Assembly: GCA_964106915.2 (NCBI GenBank)
Contig: OZ066917.1
Source: Podarcis gaigeae
Lineage: Eukaryota
Length of the DNA: 64,000 nucleotides
Reading direction: 5' to 3' (one strand)
In this document: one piece after another, positions 57,659-64,000 of the stretch
How the letters are laid out: each line of letters starts with the position of its first letter
Position numbering within the stretch: position 1 is the stretch's first letter
Program-made: the position numbers and the translations under genes
The notes under the pieces: model-generated
Told to the model about the DNA's origin: nothing
The model's input: the letters and a program-made list of their open reading frames with translations, nothing else
Databases searched by the model: none

Positions 57659-59191
57659 GTAGACATTCACTGGTGAGTGGCAGGGAAGAATTGAGCAAAT
57701 TGGAGATCTTTGCGTTGTCACAGATATCCACATGGGTCCAATGATGTTTCAGTTCTTTGACCTGTAACAGCTCCTGCAGCACCTGCCCTATTTCTTGGCT
57801 TTCTTAACTTCACATTATTTCACCTGTTCATTTTCTGGGGCTTGTACTGACCGTGCATCACTGGGACATCTATTTAGCCCTGTTCATGTATACTTGGAAG
57901 CTGTGGAGAAGCCAAGGGGCTGCCTGTACCCAACTTCCTTACCCAAACCAGCTGTACCCTGATCTTATACACAGGTGGAAGGTATGAAAAGTGATTCTTT
58001 GAACATTGAGTTAGAGACCTCCCCACTGCTGGAAACCCTGAAATATCAGAATTCCAGATTGTAGATTTGAAGGGGGTTCTGTTGAATGCACACAAAAAAT
58101 CCCCTTTCAGACTAACCCTTCAGGAGTAGAGCTGAAGAGGTCAGACAGAGATGCTTATGTTGAGGTTGGTGTGCATAGTCCCAAGTCCTTCCACACTTTT
58201 GTCTTCTATTCTGTTCAAAATCTGTGGCCTGGAGTGGCCAGTTCATATATTTTCATGGTAGAGCTAACAGTGATTAAGACCAGGCCTGTTATCTGCCTAT
58301 ATTATTCAATGAAACCTCCCAAGAATAGAAAGTTCAAGTGTGCTGCAGTAAGGGATGCCCTTTCCAGTGGTGGGCAACTGGCTGCAATCCTGCACTCACC
58401 TGCTTGGGAGTAAATCCCATAGGACTTAATGAGGCTTACTTCTGAGTAGACATGTATAAGAGTTCCCTGACTAGCAATCAGCTACAGTTAAAATAAGCCT
58501 TAATAGAAAACCAGTCAGTACAGCAGTCACCCATGTTTATCTTTCAGATTTCTCAAGGTAAAACAGTAATTTTAATTACTTGCTCATGGTGTATTGAAAT
58601 TTCTTTTTTTAAAAAAAAGCTTGGTTTTTTACTTCTATTCTTTGAAGTGAATTGTTATTAAATTTGGTTATTAAAAGTTGGTGCCTTATAAAAAGTGAAA
58701 GATTTACAAAATATCAAACAAGAGCCAGGAGTCTAATCATTATAATCATTTCCCCTTGCACTCAGGTGTTAAAATTGCCAGGGCAAGTGATTGCAGACAC
58801 TTCCATTAAGAATTCATCAGGAGTCCTTTTTAATAAACATGGCTGAATTAAATAGGCAATATCAAATAAATCGTAAATTACATCTGATTTGGTTAGTTTC
58901 TTTAGTCTTTCTAGGCCAGGTAAAAAAAAATAATAATAGAAAAATCAAAAGAATGTTTATATCAAAGAACAGAAGGAGAGAGAAAATCAGAAGCATAGGT
59001 CTCAATTGAAGAACAAAGAAACCTAGCTGCTTGAGATTATAAGGGGTTATTCCTAAATTCCTATAACAGGTGGAGCACTGATTTTTTTAAAAAAAATTAC
59101 AGGAGCATGCTAAGCTAGTTGGAAATCTAAATCATATTTAATCATTTTCTGTCTATTAGTTTCATAAAAATATAAGGCAAGGGCCATGTGG

Positions 59192-59243
<52 letters not shown>

Positions 59244-59282
59244 TTCTTCTTCTTCTTCTTCTTCTTCTTCTTCTTCTTCTTC
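59192..59282. repeat. (TTTC)n/(TTC)n compound microsatellite
   Basis: Seen directly. Confidence 0.95.
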
Positions 59283-59741
59283 GTCCATATAGTTAAAGCT
59301 ATGGTTTTCCCAGTAGTGATGTTTGGAAGTGAGAGCTGGACCATAAAGAAGGCTGATCGCCGAAGAATTGATGCTTTTGAATTATGGTGCTGGAGGAGAC
59401 TCTTGAGTCCCATGGACTGCAAGAAGATCAAACCTATCCATTCTAAAGGAAATCAGCCCTGAGTGCTCACTGGAAGGACAGGTCGTGAAGCTGAGGCTCC
59501 AATACTTTGGCCACCTCATGAGAAGAGAAGACTCCCTAGAAAAGACCCCGATGTTGGGAAAGATGGAGGGCACCAGGAGAAGGGGACGACAGAGGATGAG
59601 ATGGTTGGATAGTGTTCTCGAAGCTACCAGCATGAGTTTGACCAAACTGTGGGAAGCAGTGGAAGACAGGAGTGCCTGGCGTGCTCTGGTCCATGGGGTC
59701 ATGAAGAGTTGGACACGACTAAACGACTAAACAACAACAAC
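59282..59741 (+). mobile_element. Bov-B (RTE) LINE 3' fragment with (CAA)n tail
   Basis: KLRLQYFGHLMRREDSLEK...GRQRMRWLD; gacacgactaaacgactaaacaacaac end. Confidence 0.93.
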
Positions 59742-59986
59742 ATTATTATTATATCTATACCCCAATTTTCCTCCAAGGAATTCAAGGTGGCACGCATGAT
59801 TTCCCCTTACAATTTTAACCTCACAACAACCCTGTGAAGTAGGTGAGGCTGAAAGAGGGTAATTGGCTGAAGGTCACCCAGTGAGTCATGCCTGAGTGGG
59901 GATTTGAACTCTGGTCTGCCAGGTTCTAGTCCAATCTTCTATTTACTACACTGGCTCTCAAACACATGATTTAATGTTGCAGTGCA

Positions 59987-60140
59987 CAGTGGCGTAGCGT
60001 GGGGGTGCAGGGGGGCCGGCTGCACTGGGCACAACATCTGGGGCGGTGCGCTCGCACTCTCAGCTCTCTGCCCCTACCGGGTTAGGGGGCGCAAATTACT
60101 TGCCTTGCCCCAGGTGCTGACAACCCACACTACGCCACTG
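59987..60140. mobile_element. hAT MITE
   Basis: TIRs CAGTGGCGTAG / CTACGCCACTG; perfect 8-bp TSD GCAGTGCA. Confidence 0.9.
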
Positions 60141-61750
60141 GCAGTGCATGCATTTTTAAAAATGCAGATAGATGCTGGGGTAGGGGGCAGATCAGCATTA
60201 AGGCAGCAGTGTGTAGAGAAGTGGAATTTAACCCTTTACTCCACCACAGTCTTGTTGAAGTCTCTCCCCTCATGGTCTTGATGAACATTATTCTCCCCCC
60301 AGCTGCTATTGGCATCAGGAATGAAGATCTCATTGGCAACATTGGTTAAATTCTCCCTTGACACCTGCAGTAGTCCAGGTCTTGATCAGTGTCTCTAACT
60401 ATGTTAACTGCAGTTTTAAAAATATACATGCGATATTAAGTCATATATTTAATGACACATTGACTCTTACATACGTTCCAAAGAAGACATAAGCAGAAGG
60501 TCATTTCACACAACTTGGGCAACCACTAAGTATGTCACATATTAGAACAAGGACAATCTAACTTTCTGGGTGGAAAGAACCTAGATAGTGATCCTAAATT
60601 GGGTCCATATTGGGGGAGATACTCTCTAAGATACATACAAGCAGAAGAGAAACATCATCACTGCATCTGGTCTTATTTACACAACTACAGTACTCAGATT
60701 AAAAATAAATCTGACTCTAATGTCCTGAAATGAAAGGCCATTCAAGACCCAAGTTGAGAAGAATCAAGCAGTGCAATTTTTCAAGAAATAAGTTCCAGCA
60801 AGTCCAATGGGCTGACCCCCAGGTAAATGGGAGATGGCAATCCTATGGACTTAATTTTGAATAAACATGCATAGGGTTGCAGACAGGGTGGTCTCTTCCC
60901 CAAGGTTCTGTGAAGGGTTCTGCTATCCTCTTTCATTTAAGTGGAAAAGGCAAATGGTTACATCCAAAGATAACTGAGCATAATCTGCTTGTGCAGTGGG
61001 GTTCTCTTGGCTCCTCCCTCCAATCCATCTCTCTGCTCCCACCCCCCAAAGATGCTCACATGGGTTGAAGAACTGTCTGGAATGGTGACAAGAAAGGGCA
61101 GAAATGGCTGCAGCAAGGTGGGGAATGGGGAGAATCCAGCTGCGAGACTGGAAGGTTCACCCATGAGGAAGTTTCTTTAGCTCCTGCAACTTTTCCATGA
61201 AACTACTGGAAGTGGAATAGAACAATTACTACCATTGTTCTGTACATAGCACTATAAACTTCAGTTAATGCATCGTAACCATAAATTATAAGAAATGCTT
61301 AGCTGTTAACATAATGAATCAACACAGTGTTGCCAAGGGTAGTTTATCACAAGGTTTAACTGCAAGTAGCACCCCTGCCTTTGAGCTCTGACAAAGATTT
61401 AAATATTGGAAAACAAACAATCAATTCTGCTGCAGTGTGATTTATTTATTTATTTTTGCAGGAAACATTAGCACTTGAACTGCTTTTAATTAAAGATGTG
61501 TATTTTCTTCTTTGGTCCTTTCTTTGTTGATTCAAAGCATCACAGTCCTTTTCTTCAGAAGCTGATCTGGCAAAATGTGAAAATTATAGAGACTGTATGA
61601 GGGTGATAGGGTGTTCCTACTCACACAGGATGCATATAAAATGTTAGCTTGTTTGTTTAAAAGATTTCTATGCCACTCTGCAATGTGGATATCAATTCCT
61701 TATACGATTAATCAATAAATACTTAAAATCTCAACATAACATAAATATAA

Positions 61751-62718
61751 ATGGCGAGATGTCTGGAAGCTGTGGCTGGATGGTTGCGTGGGAGCCGGTT
61801 GAAGTTAAATCCTTCGAAGACAGAGGTCCTCTGGCTGGGGCGGGACGATATGGGATTGAGGGGGCAACTCCCATCTCTTGCGGGGGTGCAATTAGTGCCA
61901 GCACCGTCCGTTAAGAGTTTGGGTGTAATCTTCGATACCTCCCTCTCTATGGAGGCGCAGATTACAGCTATAACAAAGGCGGCATTTTTTCATCTCCGCC
62001 AAGCTAAGCAGTTGGCCCCTTATCTCTCTCGCCCTGACCTAGCCACTGTGATCCATGCGACGGTCACCTCCAGACTGGATTATTGTAACTTGCTCTACGT
62101 GGGGCTGCCCTTAAGACTGACCCAGAAACTCCAGCGGGTGCAGAATGCCGCGGCGAGACTCCTTATGGGGTCTTCGCTGCGAGATCACATTCATCCGGTA
62201 TTATACCAGCTGCACTGGCTCCCGGTGGAGTACAGGATCAGGTTTAAGGTGCTGGTTTTAACCTTTAAAGCCCTATACGGCCTAGGACCCTCGTACCTAC
62301 GGGACCGCCTCTCCTGGTATGCCCCACAGAGAAACCTACGGTCTGCAAATAATAACATCCTCAAGGTCCCAGGCCTCAGAGAGGTTAGGCTGGCCTCAAC
62401 TAGAGCCAGGGCTTTTTCGGCTGCGGCTCCAATCTGGTGGAACGCTCTGTCACAAGAGACTAGGGCCCTGCGGGACCTGACATCCTTCCGCAGGGCCTGC
62501 AAGACAGAGTTGTTCCACCAGGCCTTTGGCCAGGGCGCAGCCTGACTCCCTCCTCTGGCAACCTGCTTAGAATCTTGCTTAATTAGTTGCCATTAATTTG
62601 ATTTTAATTGATTTTTATAATGAAATATTTTTAGAATGTGTTTCTTAGAATCTGATTGTTTGATTGTTGATTGTTGTTAGCCGCCCTGAGCCCGGCTTCA
62701 GCTGGGGATATAAATAAA

Positions 62719-62765
<47 letters not shown>
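61751..62765 (+). mobile_element. Young 5'-truncated L2 LINE: uninterrupted 264-codon ORF2 C-terminus, 3' UTR, (TTA)n tail
   Basis: LKLNPSKTE, SRLDYCN, VQNAAARL, LHWLPV motifs; CpGs retained. Confidence 0.93.
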
Positions 62766-62766
<1 letters not shown>

Positions 62767-62917
62767 ATAACATACAGTACAGGCAGATGTTAAAATCAGA
62801 AAAAATGCAACAAGCTGCAGGAAAAATAGAAGATATGAAGGGAAACTATATCTGCTTTCAGAAACCAATGTAATTGAGTGTGGGAAGCTAATAGGTGGCC
62901 AATCCAGATACTCGTTT

Positions 62918-63290
62918 CATAGAATTGTAGCGTTGGAAGGGACCCTGAGGATCATCTATTCTAGGCCAAGTCACTGCAATGCAGGAATATGCAGCTGCTC
63001 CATACAGGGATTGAACCTGCAACCTTGGCATTATCAGCACCTTCTTCTTCTTTGGCGATCACTTGTAGCCAAGTAAGATTGTCTTCCATAAACACCATTT
63101 TCACAATGAGTCTGTAAGTGATTGTGGAGGCCAATTCTGGAACCACACATCCTACCACAGCGAGGACATTGGTTTCCGGGCAGGAGTTGATCAAGGTGTG
63201 GATTTGCCAAGCGTGCCTTCCTCTTAGCACATTTCTCCCTTGCATCTTGAATTATCAGCACCACACTCTAACCAACTGAGCTATCCAAGC
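62918..63290 (-). mobile_element. tRNA-Ile-headed SINE with CR1-type tail, interrupted by an RTE fragment
   Basis: tagctcagttggttagagtgtggtgctgataa...ccaaggttgcaggttcaatccc head; shared tail. Confidence 0.82.
63042..63250 (-). mobile_element. RTE-clade LINE 3' end (C2H2 finger, (GAA)n tail), nested in the SINE
   Basis: CPRCGRMCGSRIGLHNHLQTH; 12-bp TSD attatcagcacc (63030-63041 and 63251-63262). Confidence 0.88.
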
Positions 63291-64000
63291 TAACTGCAAT
63301 GCATAGCAGACTGGGATCTATGGGGAAAACCCCTGCTGTAAATAGGACCACCCCCCACTTATCAGGGTGCAATCATGGGTCTACAACTGTTCTTGGCATC
63401 TTCAGGTTCTTTTCATTCGCACCACCTGATAAGAAGGCTACATTTGCTTATACAAAATGTCCCTGTGGCAACCCTGATTCATATCCTCAAACACCTCAAA
63501 GCTAAGACACTGCTATATAGCCTATTCCTGTTGTGGTAAAGACAGCCTGCAGATACCAGGTAACATCGTAGCAGGCTAACCCTGTGGAGGTATTTAGTGG
63601 CAAATGGAAAGCTGCTGCTAACAAATGATCAGCTGCTGATAGTAAATAGGAAGGTAGCAAAGGAACAAAACAATAAGTGACAAGGTGGTACGGTGTCTTA
63701 CGGCTATAACAGCTGCAATTTTAAAGATACCTATTGGCAATCTTCCCACTCAAATATTGCAATGCTCCAGTTGTGTACACTGGGGTTGATCAGAATAGCC
63801 ATTGTGGAGGGAAGTTCTCCAGTCAAACTTGACACATTTCTACTAGACGAAGCAAATACAAACTTGCCAGTTTCCAAATTAAAACTAGGCAAAATCTTGC
63901 ATTTTAATGAGTGAAAGGTCTTCAGAGTTTCAGCAATATAATATTAAAACTTTCACACAATTGCACAATGCCCAACTCATTTACAGCAACTCTTTGAAGT

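Noticed and set aside
59162-59702. Lys-rich ORF and antisense ORFs
   Set aside because: Products of the microsatellite and the Bov-B antisense strand.

Overview
Eukaryotic (vertebrate) genomic DNA, almost certainly a squamate reptile and probably a lacertid lizard, judging by Sauria SINEs, Bov-B, young L2, Penelope pLTRs and lizard-type MITEs. The window holds the conserved block ABCC13(-) / RBM11(-) / LIPI(+), syntenic to human 21q11. I reconstructed exons by hand from GT-AG sites and phase. ABCC13 has 15 confident in-frame exons (673 codons, lasso motif to TMD1 to NBD1) and continues off the left edge. It looks intact, whereas the human gene is a pseudogene. RBM11 has 5 exons (239 aa). LIPI has 10 exons (463 aa, Ser-Asp-His triad, 12-residue lid). 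About 49.6-64 kb is intergenic and repeat-rich. The most notable observations are: (1) the intact, TMD0-less ABCC13; (2) a 76-bp tandem duplication of the LIPI exon-2 splice acceptor that creates a frameshifting decoy site; (3) Penelope-derived minimal hammerhead ribozyme motifs, one sense-oriented in ABCC13 intron 7; (4) four SINEs sharing one CR1-type tail but carrying four different Pol III heads (tRNA-Asn, tRNA-Lys, tRNA-Ile, 5S rRNA); (5) MITEs carrying housekeeping-promoter motifs. I see no evidence of a wholly new multi-gene system. Orthology statements rely on recalled family sequences and need database confirmation.
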